A stretch of 64,000 bases of DNA from Podarcis vaucheri (GCA_965113315.1 OZ220363.1); one strand, 5' to 3'. Counted from the first letter of the stretch, positions 1 through 12,290 are shown. Made by a program: numbers and translations. The notes: generated by a model from the letters alone, not told the origin.

Positions 1-111
1 CCAAATCAAATGGGGGTGGGGGGAGTCAACACACAACCCAGTCCAATTCAGGTTTTTGTTTTTTTTCTAGTCGCAAAGTGTCTAATTGCTGGCGCTAAAA
101 TTACGATGCCA

Positions 112-280
112 ACATGGAACGGCCTCCTTTGGGAGGTTGTGGACTCTCCTTCTTTGGAGGTTTTAAGGCAGAGGTTGGGTGACCATCAGTCATGGGTGCA
201 TTAGCTGAGATTCCTGCCTTTCAGGGGGTGGGAATAGAGGACCCTCTAGATCCCTTCCAACTCTATGATTCTATGATTCA
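112..280 (+). mobile_element. CR1 LINE 3' end fragment
   Basis: Typical CR1 3' sequence (GTGGACTCTCCTTCTTTGGAGGTTTTAAGGCAGAGG...CCCTTCCAACTCTATGATTCTATGATTC) ending in the (ATTCTATG)n tail; similar to copies at 13.6-14.0 kb and 28.0-28.2 kb. Confidence 0.9.
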
Positions 281-1196
281 TCCACTAGCCACAATGCTGA
301 TTGTTCATTCAAGCATTCTGGATGGTGGGCCATAGGTCACCCTATGACAGAACATAAATAGAAAAGTGGGTGCAGGTTGTCCTTAAAGGCAAAGCGCAAG
401 GTTAATTCTACCGTGCTTGAGCCACGGCTCAGGAGGGGGAAGAAAAACGCTTCAAAGCCATGAGTCCAGTGATTGGTCGCAGCTGTCAGGAAATATCAGC
501 CTCATTTGCTCTCAATCTCCTTAGCTATTTCAGGGGGAAAAAATCTGAAGAATTTTAAATATTTGTTATATAAAATAATAGGGAAGTGGCGCATGCCAGG
601 CCCTACCCTGTATCAAATACCTCGCATAATTTTGCCTCCTGGCCTGGCAGGGAGCCTCCTTGCACACCCATCATGCGAGTCTCAGACCTTCAAGGCTTTG
701 GGATAAGTCGCCGTTGGAGCCATAACTCACTGTTCCTATTGCTTTAAACCTGATTAATGACTCGGAAGTTGGCTTGATTAGAGGCGCTTCTGGTATCAGC
801 TGGAAATTAATTAGCGTAATGGCTTTCAAGGAACCTTGCACTGTCCTCTCCTCTCTGCAGGTGGGACGCTGGGATGGTGGAGGCAGAGTAGGGGTGGGGG
901 TGGGAACCCCACTCCTGGATGGTGTTTGGTGTTCTGATGGCCTCTTGGAGCCAGAGGCACAGTGTGTGTAGGAGGAAAGAAGTGGAGCATGTTGAAATCT
1001 CCTACTGACACTTCATGGCAATATCAAGGCATGGATAATAGTGGCTGAGACTAGCCAAGCTGGCTTTGGTCTTCATCCTCTTTTCCAGCTGCAAGGATGT
1101 TCTCCCTCCAGAATGCTTTTCTGTTTTTCATGAAAAAGGAGAAATGGAACAGCCAGAGCCTACCCCTTTGTGACAGCAAATACCTCCCAGGGTGGG

Positions 1197-1410
1197 TATA
1201 GAATTGGAAGGGGCTGCAACTGCCACCTAGGCTCTGTGAATGCAGGAAATACATTGCCCCATGGTATCTGGTAGATGACCATCCAGTCTCTGCTGGAACT
1301 CCTGTTAATGAAGGAGAGTCCACCGCCATCCCAGACGGCTGGCTTCACTGTTGATCAGCTAGTAAGATCAGGGAGTTCTTCCTAATGTTTAGTATCACTT
1401 CTTTTAATTT
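1197..1410 (-). mobile_element. Old CR1 3' fragment
   Basis: Reverse complement resembles a CR1 ORF2 end/3'UTR (aacattaggaagaactccctga...gtggactctccttc...). Confidence 0.7.
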
Positions 1411-1413
1411 GAA

Positions 1414-1643
1414 CAAACCTCGGTTTTCGAATGTCTCAGCTGCCGAACGTTTTGGAAGCCAAAGGCCGAAAACCCGGAAGTGAATGCTTCCATTTTTTAA
1501 CGCGCCTCGGAAGTCAAATGGCTTCCGCTGTGTGGTTTTCTTTTTTCTCCATTGACTTTGCTGACAGCCCTTTGATTTTTGATTTTTGAACGTTTCGAAC
1601 GGACTTCCGGAATGGATTATGTTCAAAAACCAAGGTTCTACAG
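1414..1643. mobile_element. Tc1/mariner (Tigger-like) MITE, degenerate
   Basis: Inverted ends AACCTCGGTTTTCGAA / TTCAAAAACCAAGGTT followed by TA; internal sequence similar to the intact copy at 40617-40861. Confidence 0.7.
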
Positions 1644-2448
1644 TATTACTGTAGGTCAGATGTAGGGAAGCTTTTTGGCTTCAGGGGTCAGATCCTTATC
1701 AGGATGGGATTTGTTGGCCAGAATTGACAGGTGGGTGGGGCCACCCACCTGTCAACTGTATGTCATCTTTTTGACATGGCAGTACTTGAATGACAGGTGG
1801 GTGGGATGGCAAGACTTTCCGTTCAAGCCCAATGTCTGAGGTTTTAAATGAGGAACACAGTGCAAAGGTATTTGACAGTCTGCCTTAAAGCTGCAAAGTG
1901 CCCTCTGAAGCAAACATCTCCCCAACCTTTAAAGGTGGAAGATGCTGCTTCAAAGGGCATTTTTGCCAAGCACTTTAGGAGGCGATCCACTGTCTGTGCC
2001 CCTTTCTTTCTCCCTCCCATGTCACTTGTCCAGGGAGAACTCACAGAGGCCTCTTAAGGTCTTGCTCCAGTCTTAAATGGGAGGAGAGACACACAACTCT
2101 TTGCAAGTCTCTCCCCCCTTTATCACAGGCATGAGACTGAGGATTTAGGAGACAAGGGAGAAGAGCGGCAAAGGCTTCTAAGTCCCCAAACTCATGCCAG
2201 TCTTTAATCTCTGCTCATCAACCACTGAGTGGAGATTAAAGTCTGCTGCCTAGGTTGCATGATCCTGTCCCCTGCTAGAAACAGGATTGCACAGCCAATG
2301 TAGGGTTAAACGCTGCCACTCGGCACTGACTTCACCAGTGATGTCAACTGATGGGCAGGTGAGCGTGCTTTGGCGGAAACAGCCTGGTGTCACCCTTCTC
2401 TGGACAGGCTCCAGTTTACTGATAGCCTTCTCAAACTGAGCTGGAAAT

Positions 2449-2550
2449 AAAAAAATTCCTTCCAGTAGCACCTTAAAGACCAACTAAGTTAGTTCTTGGT
2501 ATGAGCTTTCGTGTGCATGCACACTTCTTCAGATACGACTTCTTCAGATA
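2449..2550 (-). mobile_element. Penelope-like element terminal fragment
   Basis: 102-bp insert flanked by a 12-bp direct repeat TGAGCTGGAAAT (2437-2448, 2551-2562); A-rich end; TCCAGTAGCACCTTAAAGACCAAC...GAGCTTTCGTG...CTTCTTCAGATAC resembles reptile Penelope-like termini; carries a hammerhead core. Confidence 0.75.
2499..2536 (-). ncRNA. Minimal type I hammerhead ribozyme motif
   Basis: Minus strand reads GUAU-CUGAAGA-A-GUGUGC AU GCACAC-GAA-AGCU-C-AUAC: stem I GUAU/AUAC, CUGANGA core, stem II GUGUGC/GCACAC, GAAA, palindromic AGCU in place of stem III, and a UC cleavage site. Confidence 0.75.
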
Positions 2551-3922
2551 TGAGCTGGAAATGATACTCCAGGTATTGATGATGCAATCCAGAGTAGCAT
2601 TAGCCCTTTTAGCTGCCACATGACACTGCTGGCCTCTGTTTAGCTTGTGGTGTGCTAAAAGCACCAAACTCATTTATATATACACCGTACATACTACTGT
2701 CAAGCCAAGTGTCACCCACCCTGTATTTATGCATCAGACTTTCCTGCTCAAATGCATAAGTTTGCATTTATATCTGTTGAAATTTGTTTTGTTAGTTTTG
2801 GCCCAGTTCTCCATGTGTCAAGATCACATGGAACCTCATTTCTGTCTTCTAAACTATTAGCTAGCCCACCTGGTTTGGTGCCATCTGTAAATTTCATAAG
2901 CACCCCCACGACTGCTTCAGCCAAGTCATGTTAAACAGCACTGGGCACAGGATAGAACCTTGCAGTATCCCAGTTGACGTTGCTCTCCAGGTTGAGAAGG
3001 AGCCATTGATAGCGCACTTGGGTTCAATCCATCAACCAGCAGCAAATAGCTTACAAAAACTAGAGCAACAGCAAAGAAAAATAACAAAGCTATTGGAATC
3101 TCAACATTTTCTATCCTTAAACTATTGTCAGCACTTCTGGTCTAATATTCTTCTCTCTTCCAAATAAAAAACAAAACAAAAGATATCCACTGCTGCAGAA
3201 GCATTTCTCCTGAATAAACTCTTTCCCATAACCATTTAAAATCTGTCAGTTTATTCATTAACATTATATGCCAGCATTTATGCAGTCAGTCTTCCAGTGT
3301 AGATAACTGTTTTGGTTTCTAACATTTCAGTAAGAGCATTCTTGCAGCAAAAAAGAATCCTCCTAAAATCAAATTTTCTTTCATTATGTTGGTTGTGAAA
3401 TACCCCAAAATAAGTCTCCTCTCCTCTGCCTACAGTCCCCCCTCCCTCTTTTTTTCCTGTCACCTTCAGTGGATGATTTTCTTTCCCTCTCTTGCAACCA
3501 CCTGTTTGTTATTTGCAAACAGATTTTTTTCTGGAAGCAAATAACATGAAAATGAGTGCTAAGCCTGCAGTATATTCTGCTATTATTTCCAGAAGCTGAT
3601 TTTACATCCTATGAAAGCTCAAATATATTTCAGAAATTTACAGTTAGGGAAATGTTGGGGAAATGGAAAAAAAATTGCGTGTGAATGCAGTCAAAGAACA
3701 CAAGTCAGGTGTGTGGGTGTGGGTGTGTGTTTGCGTGTGCAAATAGCAATGCTGGTACTTTGTAGCTGGTGTCTGAGTGCCCTGGCCCTCACTGTTAGAG
3801 ATCTTGCAGGGGGTTCATAATGCGTCCGTGCTCAGAGCAAGTAGAGACAAACTCTATCCCAGGGGATCTTTGCATTATACAACGCCTCTCTCCAACCCAA
3901 CATGACAGCCATTGCTCTAATC

Positions 3923-4058
3923 CAGGCATAGGCAAACTCGGCCCTCCAGATGTTTTGGGACTACAGCTCCCATGATCCCTAGCTAACAAGACCAATGGTC
4001 AGGGATGATGGGAATTGTAGTCCCAAAACATCTGGAGGGCCGAGTTTGCCTATGCCTG
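3923..4058. mobile_element. hAT-type palindromic MITE
   Basis: 43-bp perfect terminal inverted repeats (CAGGCATAGGCAAACTCGGCCCTCCAGATGTTTTGGGACTACA); 8-bp TSD CTCTAATC/CACTAATC. Confidence 0.9.
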
Positions 4059-4704
4059 CACTAATCTAAGCTATTCTATACCGAAACCCACCTTTCAGCT
4101 TCCTCATATGAGATTTAAAAGACTCTCCTAAGTCTCATGGAACCAAAGGGTTAGAAGGAATATTTAATACTACTACATATGGGGAACATATGTTTGTGCA
4201 CTGAACATTTCTAAGAACTGTTGTTTTAGCATCCCTGAGGACTTTGGTTTTTTACATCTAACAAACTAGGGCATGGAGTCAGGAAGAATTCTGCCAGCTG
4301 CCATCAGGGCTCAGAAAGCAGGTGCCTGTTGCTCCAAAAGGTAGCAGAAACCACACAAAAGAAATAAGGTGAGAACCCCCCAAAAGATGGGATTAAAATT
4401 AGCAGTAGAATACATGTGGCAAGCAGAAATGATCTTGTGTCAATCAGCTGTGGAATGGTTGCTATTAAATGAAGAACTGAGGAACATCTGCAAACTCTTT
4501 CCAGTCAGAATATATTGCCCATATATAGGCAAAGAGGGGCAGCATGTGGAACCTCCTCAACATATGGAAAGCATAAATTCTTCATCATTATATTGACTTT
4601 TATGGGGCAAACACAATATTATTTTTTGCTGGATACTGCTGGTGTATCACCAGCTGACCAACCTCAACTGAACTTCTTTAAGGACTGTTGGATCTGAAAT
4701 TGGG

Positions 4705-5585
4705 AGAACAGAAGAAAAGCACTGCTGGATCAGTCCCAAGTCCCACTTGGTCCAGCATCTTGTTCTCACGGTGGCCAGTCAAATGCCTATGGGAAGCTCA
4801 CAAGCAGGACCGGAGTGCAAGAGCACTCTCCCCACTCGTCTTCCCCACCAGCTGGGATATCATCTCTGATACTGAAGATAGTGCACAGCCATCATGGCAA
4901 GTAGCCATCAACAGCCATCCACCAGGATATGGTCTAATCCCCTTTTAAAGCCATCCAAGTTGGTGGCCATCACTACATCGTGTGGTCAAGAATTCAGTAG
5001 TTTATGCACTCTGTGAAGAATTACTTCTGTTTGTCTGTTCTGAATCTTCCAAGAGTCAGCTTCATTGAATTACCCCCGTTCTAGACTGAAAGAAGACTGA
5101 AAAACTTCTTTCTGTCTACTTTCTCCATATTGTGGATACCATGTTTACTCAAATCTAACGCTCACCTTTTTTTGGCCAAATTGTGTTGAGAAAATTAAGG
5201 TGCGCATTAGATTCGATGGCACATTTACATTCACCAGAAATACTTTTTTGGTTTCAAAGTTCTGAAAATTGAGATGCGCATTAGATTTGATGGCGCATTA
5301 GATTCAAGTAAATACAGTAGTTTTATGGCCTTCTGTCACATTTCCTGCTTACCTGCTTTTTTTCTAAATTAAAATACCCCAAATACTGTAATCGTTCCCC
5401 ATAGGGAGGTTGTTCCAGCTTCCCGGTCATCATTTGCCCTTTCCTGAATCTTTTTTATCTCTACGATATCATTTTTGAGTGAAGCAACCAGGACTGTACA
5501 CAGTTTTATAAGTGCTCTCACGCTATATGTTCGTATAACGGCAAATTTGACAATTTTATTTTCAATCCCTTTCCTAATGACCATT
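4705..5585 (-). mobile_element. CR1 LINE 3' region, decayed, interrupted by a MITE
   Basis: Minus-strand frame IRKGIENK...LKNDIVEIKKIQERA resembles the CR1 ORF2 C-terminus; 3'UTR-like sequence follows toward 4705. Confidence 0.8.
5139..5317. mobile_element. Tc1/mariner MITE
   Basis: TA flanks (5137-5138, 5318-5319); degenerate TIRs CCATGTTTACTCAAATCTAA / TTAGATTCAAGTAAATACAG; internal GCGCATTAGATT repeats. Confidence 0.8.
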
Positions 5586-5948
5586 TGTCTGCCACTTCAT
5601 GTTTGCATGCTTCTCAGTCTTGTCTAAAATAGACAGTTTCTCCATCTCCCACACTGAGGTTATCAGCAAGAAATAAGTCTCCTTGATTTCCACAAAACCT
5701 ACTTTCAAGTGTGCTTAGGATCATTTCTCTACATCTAACTCTTTATTATTCATCCCCGCTGAAAAATGTGAATTGGTTGTGTTCACAGTCTTCTTCAGCA
5801 CGCCGCAGACTCTCCTTGATCCCCCTCATTCTACACAACCCATTTCTGTACATGCTAACTAAGATGTAAATCCCATTGACTTAAATTGAGCTTATTCCCA
5901 AGCAAGTGTGTGCATAGGACTTAAGCCCTAGACTAGGATAAATTGTTA

Positions 5949-6281
5949 AGGTAAAGGTAAAGGTAAAGGTAAAGGGACCCCTGACCAGCCGTGACCGACT
6001 CTAGGGTTGCAGCGCTCATCTCGCTTTATTGGCTGAGGGAGCCGGCGTACAGCTTCTGGGTCATGTGGCCAGCATGACTAAGCTGCTTCTGGTGGACCAG
6101 AGCAGCACACGGAAACACCATTTACCTTCCCGCTGGAGTGGTACCTATTTATCTACTTGCACTTTGATGTGCTTTCGAACTGTCAGGTTGGCAGGAGCAG
6201 GGACTGAGCAATGGGAGCTCATCCCGTCATGGGGATTCGAACCACCGACCTTCTGATCGGCAAGCCCCAGGCTCTATGGTT
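5949..6281 (-). mobile_element. Sauria SINE (5' truncated)
   Basis: (ACCTTT)n tail, B box GGTTCGAATCCC, high similarity to the other copies; TSD TAAATTGTTA (5939-5948, 6282-6291). Confidence 0.93.
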
Positions 6282-9200
6282 TAAATTGTTAGCAGGCCTG
6301 TATTAGGGGGCCCTGCAAGGGAGTTGTATATAACCTTGTAAATAAATCAATTAAATTAGCAGTGCCTGTGTGGAGTCTGAAATTAATAGCCAAGATGCAT
6401 GAAACACAATGGGGTGGGGTAGAGGACAGTCCTTCCAATGATTAAGAGACTCTAGCAACTCTATATATTTATACAACTCTGTTTTAAAGGAAGCAAAAGC
6501 TATGATTCCCCCAACCTCTGAAAAAGCCATTCTGTCATTTTTAACTAACAAAATGTCCTGAACAGAGCATCCACTTAGTGGTGGTAAATCAAGTGCAGTC
6601 AAGCCTTCCATGTTATAAAACAGGCTGTGATACTTGGATGGTTACTACTGGGGAAATTATTAGTTATGAAAGGCTATTACTTATTGCACCGTGGCTTGTA
6701 GCTCTGGAACAGAGCCTGCCTCTCCTGGCCCTTTTAAGTGGCCAGCTTATTTGTCTTTCCAACACAATTTACCTATTAGGCCAAGATAATCAAATTACAT
6801 GTGGGTTCTAAAATTTAATTCTTTGACACAAGCCGACATACTAATTAGGACTTTGAAAAAATAATAATAATGACCACCCTTACCAGCCCAAAAGAAGGGC
6901 TGCTAACTTCCTTAGGAAGCAGCCAGTTAATAACATCCCCAAAAGCTATTCTGTTAATGCATTTTTTAATCAAAATCTCCATAGCCATATGTGCTGGCAA
7001 AAACAGCTGCAAGATCCATTTAGTTTAAGAAAATAACACCAAGTGCTTGAAAGTAGCTTTTGAAGTTACTTCTAGATGTGAGCCTGAGCCAGGGGACAAT
7101 CATTCTTGTGATTCCAACCATAAACCCCTTTCTCTCCTTTCCATCTCCCTCTTCCTTTCAGTCACAATGCCTTGCAACCTCAGCCGGTTACCTGAGTGTT
7201 TTAGAGCTCTCATGACCAGATAACTAGCAATAGAGGAAACTCCCCCCAGTTGGCTTGGAAATTGACTCGAAAAGTTGGGTCAGGAAATACGAATTTCAGT
7301 GGCAGCACTTCATAACGTGATTGGTGTTTTATTTGGTTGTTTTCATACTACAACAGCTCCTGGCTGACCATTTCTTGGATAGGCATGTTGCTGGGCTAGA
7401 ATGTCCGGCTGATGGGAATATCCTTGTATTTGAATGAGATACCTAGCAAAGCAGGGGGAAGTGAGGAGAAGGGGTGGAAATAAGCAGTATGTGTGGATGC
7501 AGCTGTTGGAGAGAGAGAGAATTGGGAGCTGGTTGAAGTTCTTGACACCCGCCAAAATTGTTCAGCTTTTATTGGGAACAAACCCAAATTGTTGAGAAAC
7601 CCAATTTCTTGGAGAAATTTCTTGGAGCTGTTTCCCCTGCATTTTCCATCGCATTGCCATACATCTGGGTTTTCCCTTTTTGCTGATTCAGCAAAATCCC
7701 CCCCAGAACCCATTTTTACACCCAGAAACCAGGACATGTCAGAAATTTTTCTGACATATGGCAAGCCTGGATCCAACTCAGCTCTACTAAATCACACAGG
7801 ACAGATGATCATCCAAGCAACAGTGTTTCTCTCCTGAGGATTGGATGAGACTTTGCTTGGTCGGCTCTACCACTGATCTTAAGAATGGGTGGAAATTAGA
7901 AACTGAGAAAAGCCAAAATTGATAGATTTGCCCATCCCTAGATTTGAAGTATGGTTGGATGGGGGGGGGGATATTTCTGGGATGATGGAATGTTTTGGGC
8001 AGGGAGAGAGAAGGAGAGGGTAGGTCTGTTGGACAGACCAGAACAGAAGGGAAGGCAAGTGGCCAGTTGGCAAGGGCCTATGATTTTGAGGAGGGCTAAT
8101 TTGAGCCCCCCCCGGTAGATCCAAAGGGGGCTTTTTGGTAAAGATTGAAATGGGGCCTACGTTTCCCATATGGCCTGGGCCTATTACCAAAATGGGGCCT
8201 GCATTTCCCACTTGCATGGTCCTGTTGTTGGAGGGTGGAATGTGGCAATTGGGATTTGCCAGTTATAGGAAAGTAGTTCAGTTGGGTCTCAGGACCAGGA
8301 TGGAGAAGGGATGTGGTTTTGTCAAAAACATTAAAGAAAAATGTATTCATTATTATCCCAGAAGCCTTTGCACTCTTGCTTAAGCATTCTTGTTGTGCAT
8401 CTTTTGTGTTCCTGAATCTTGTAAGAGCCTTGCTATGTAAACAGCCTTCCTAATAATTACTTTATCACTATTGCCTATGTCTCCTATAGTTGAACATTAA
8501 ACAAAGCATGATATGATGGGTTAGATTTATTCTATTCTTTGAACTTGATTCAACCTCATGATTTCTGTTGCTGCCCTTTCTGCCTTTAAGCTCAGTGATC
8601 TTTCCATCAAGTCATCACTTTAGAGTCAAACGCAAGGTCAGTATTTTTGCCCACATACTCCATGAAGCACATTCCTAAATTCGGGGAATTCAGAGGAAAC
8701 CTAACGGATTAGCTAGTAAAGATAGCATCAGTATTTTCTGCTTATGATATAAATAAATGAAAATGAGACAGGATATTTTTGAGAGTTAATAGAATTCAAA
8801 GCAGTTCATGGTTAAGTTGGCCCAAAGGCAACTGAGGGTCAAAAGAAGGGAAGTCAACCATGAAACTAAAAGTCAAGTAATTTGTTTTGGAACGGAAAGG
8901 AACTCTGTTCTTTGGGAGATGTTGGGAAATAAACATTTCCCCCCAGATTGTAGCTGGAAGTGTAATTAATAGCATTTTGTTAAAAAGCGCAGAACTTAGT
9001 TCTTTTCTTTGTTAACTGTCCCATACTACCTCATTAAGATTGGTTTTAATAGCGGGAATTCATATAGTTAATGAGGTTCTCTTGCCAGAACCTCTCCGGC
9101 TCTTGGGTCAGGACAACCCTTTACTGCGGCATTTTGGTATCTTCTAGGACAGCTCAGATACATCATTTTGTGCAAGACTTTAAAGAAATGCAAACTCTTA

Positions 9201-9466
9201 AGACAGCTTTGAAATATTTTTTTGCTTATTAGGATGACCACTATTGTGGTTTTTGTCAATGTTCTGTGCTCTCACGCCATATCTTGTTTATTTCAAAATA
9301 TCAAACAATATTTATATATAAACTAATTTTTATAAAATTTTCTGATTTAAATATGCTTTCTCAGGGTAAATCCTCAGACGTGGACAGACAGATACACTTC
9401 TTTCCTGGGAGATCTTATACTGCCTAGTAAGCCGATAACTCAGTGTTATCTAAATACTAGACTATG

Positions 9467-9871
9467 GGCAGAAATGACTGGCAGAATCCAAGACCAGGGA
9501 GAAGAGTCGGTGGAAGAAGATTGGAAAAAGTTTAAAGAATATTTACAGAAATATTGTAAAATTAATGCATGTTAGAACGATGTTGGATAGAAACTAAGTG
9601 GTTTTTAGCTGTAATGTTATAAGGGAATATGAAAAAATGGACTATTAATAGGTAAAAATCTAATGTTACAATACTTTAAGATTGAAGACTAGGATAAACA
9701 AAGAGGGGAGGGATTTGCTGAACTAACAAACTGAATTGGAAATAAGCAAATGAAAGATAAGTGATGGAAAGACTGAATTGTTTTTAACTATTTTTATTTT
9801 GTATTTTTATTTTGTATTTTTTTATTTTGTAATATTTTGAAAATCTTAATAAATATCTTTTTTTAAAAAAC
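9467..9871 (+). mobile_element. L1-clade LINE 3' end
   Basis: Frame AEMTGRIQDQGEESVEEDWKKFKEYLQKYCKINAC* (L1 ORF2-like C-terminus), then a 3'UTR, AATAAA at 9848 and an A-rich end; 17-bp flanking direct repeat CTAAATACTAGACTATG (9450-9466, 9872-9888). Confidence 0.85.
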
Positions 9872-10179
9872 CTAAATACTAGACTATGAGGTTCTTGGTG
9901 ATGTGGGTGGAAATGTTATAGGTTTGTGATAGGAATGGGTCTAGGATTTGAATTATCTTGTGTTAGAAGATTTTATATAGAAAGAAACTCTTACAAAAGT
10001 AGCTCTGCACTCCTTAATAAATATGGCTAGGCATTTACCGTTTTCTTCTGTTTCTGATGAATTGTTAATCTATGCCTGTTTTACATGAAATCCATGCTTT
10101 TAAGTGTTTGAACACCACCCCAAAGGAGGGTTTTCACATCAGGGCAAGTGCTGTAATGCCCTGTGCCCCTCTTTTAACA

Positions 10180-10296
10180 TACCTATTTCCCGTCTTTGTA
10201 GCTGTTCTCTGAACTCATTCCAATTTGTCAATATCCTTCTTAAGGTGTGGTGCCCAGAACTGGCCTCAGTACTCTAAATGCAGTTGGACTCGTGCA
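10180..10296 (-). mobile_element. CR1 ORF2 fragment
   Basis: Minus strand encodes LEY*GQFWAPHLKKDIDKLE*VQRTATK, a CR1 ORF2 motif. Confidence 0.8.
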
Positions 10297-12290
10297 TAAT
10301 TAAGGACGGCCCCATATGCAGTACACTGCAGTAGTCTAACCTATATCTCCCAAGGTGTAAGTGTGGGATCCCCCCCCCAAATGCCTGCTTTTGTGACTGC
10401 CAATCAACCACCCTCTCTGATGGGCATTCAAGCAAGGCTTCCATAGCTGATCTTAATACTTAACACACACACACCCTGATCATTCATCCCGAGCCCCCTA
10501 GCTGTCTGCTCTATTGGAGGACAGAACTGTGTGTTCTACACAGCCTGGTCTGCACCCCTTAAGCTAGCCTGCTGCCTCAGGTGTGGTGAAGAACTGCCTT
10601 GTTGCTTGTTGAAGTAAGGGTCAAGTTAGTTTCTGTGCGCGGAATGGAAGGGGTCACCATCTTGTCCTTTGACCACAGTTAGCAAAATGTCTTGGAGATG
10701 GCCCTGTGAGCCCTCACCTCCAGCCTACAGTGGACACATTCAGGCTTTGGTTTACTACCTCATCTGCTCTTCTATAGAACAAGACCTCAAGAAGAGCCCT
10801 GACAATGAATTTCAAGACTGAAAAATATAAGCCACAAAATATAGTTGAAGCAACAAGATGCTCTTAGTTAGCAATGCTTCACTACCTCTTCCAACTGATT
10901 AGATGAATACACATTCTAAAGGACCCCTGTCCAAATAAAGAGTTGAGGAAATCTACCTAAAGCATACAACCTGCTATGTTTCCAGTGAGAATACAGGAAA
11001 GAGAAATTCAATGGCGGCACTGTCACCTTGTCAAAGAGACCTTGTTCCCTTTTTGCTTCTGATACTGCACAAGTCGAACAATTTATTATGAGAGACAGAC
11101 TTGATGTTCCTTTTCACTCAGCCATATCTTCAGCCTCAGGCATTGATCAAAACCAAGGCAGCTGTCCTTGGAACAGAATAACTGAACAATTTAAAGCAGG
11201 CAATACAAAAAGCAATTAAAAGAGCAAAATGGAATTCCATTCTCGTCTTTGGCACCGGTGCACTAAATGACCTTCGGATATTATCTCTTGAAAGCAAGTG
11301 AAGTGAGTAGCCGCTCTCCCCAGCCCTAGTGAGCCAGTGGCATCTACACTTTTCCCTCATGGCGACCATACTTACCAGAAACAGCTGGCACCCAGATGCC
11401 CTCTTCCAAGTTCCTTGCAAAATTAAGAGAATACCAGAGGGTGTGGGAAGAGATTCCTTGCTCTGCTGAGTGTGAAAGATAAAAATATTCACCTCCCCAA
11501 AGTCCTTTGGAATGTCCAGAAAATTATGGAGCAAATAATTCTTCCACTTTGAACTGGGCTTTGAAGAAGCAGCTGCAGTGAGGGGGCACTTGTGGCATTT
11601 CCCCCTCCTTTTTCAGAAAGTTCCAAGCAGATGAAAAGACCCTCTCCTCCTAGAGTCTTCTGCATAGGCAAAAGTCGTAAGGAAGCAGAGGAGGAATCAG
11701 TGGTAACAATCAATAATGACTGGCTAATAAGTGAGGCCAAAATATACAGGCTATTGGTGAGTACTGAGTGGCTTAGGCAGAGTTATGATTGAAACAATAT
11801 CCAGCCAGTAGCAGAATGAGGCAGGAGTTTCAGCCAGAACTGCAATCTTTTTTTGTTTCAATAATCATTGGCCCATGTGGGGCAGCACGATTGCTTCAAG
11901 CAATGGAGTTCGGTGTATTTAATGAAAGTGGTCACCGATATGTCACAAGACTTAATTCCATGCAGTCAGATTCTAGTCCAGATTCTGCACTGGATCAAAC
12001 CTGAACTGGACAGAGAGGTGCCATGGTCACAGCAAAGCAAGCCATCAGGATGGATGCCAGAAGAGGAATGCTAGAGCGTAGGTGCTAGGCAACCAGCTCA
12101 ACCAAAACAAAGGTTGTGATCCATGGAGGCCTAGAGTCAACAACTAAGTACTGCTTAGACAGTGTCGACATATTATCGCCTCCCATGCAATATCACAGGG
12201 CCAGTGTCAGCACTGCAACAACAATCTAAAACACCGGCCCTCCTCTGCTTTTTTCACCAAGACGTCATAGTGCAGAGCCTCACACTACTA

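Larger units (their letters stand above)
2380..3050 (-). mobile_element. CR1 ORF2 C-terminal fragments (decayed)
   Basis: Minus-strand translations KLEPVQRRVT and HHKLNRGQQCHVAAKRANATLDCI match CR1 ORF2 motifs (LERVQRRAT; QQC.AA.KAN.ILGCI); interrupted by the insertion at 2449-2550. Confidence 0.85.
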
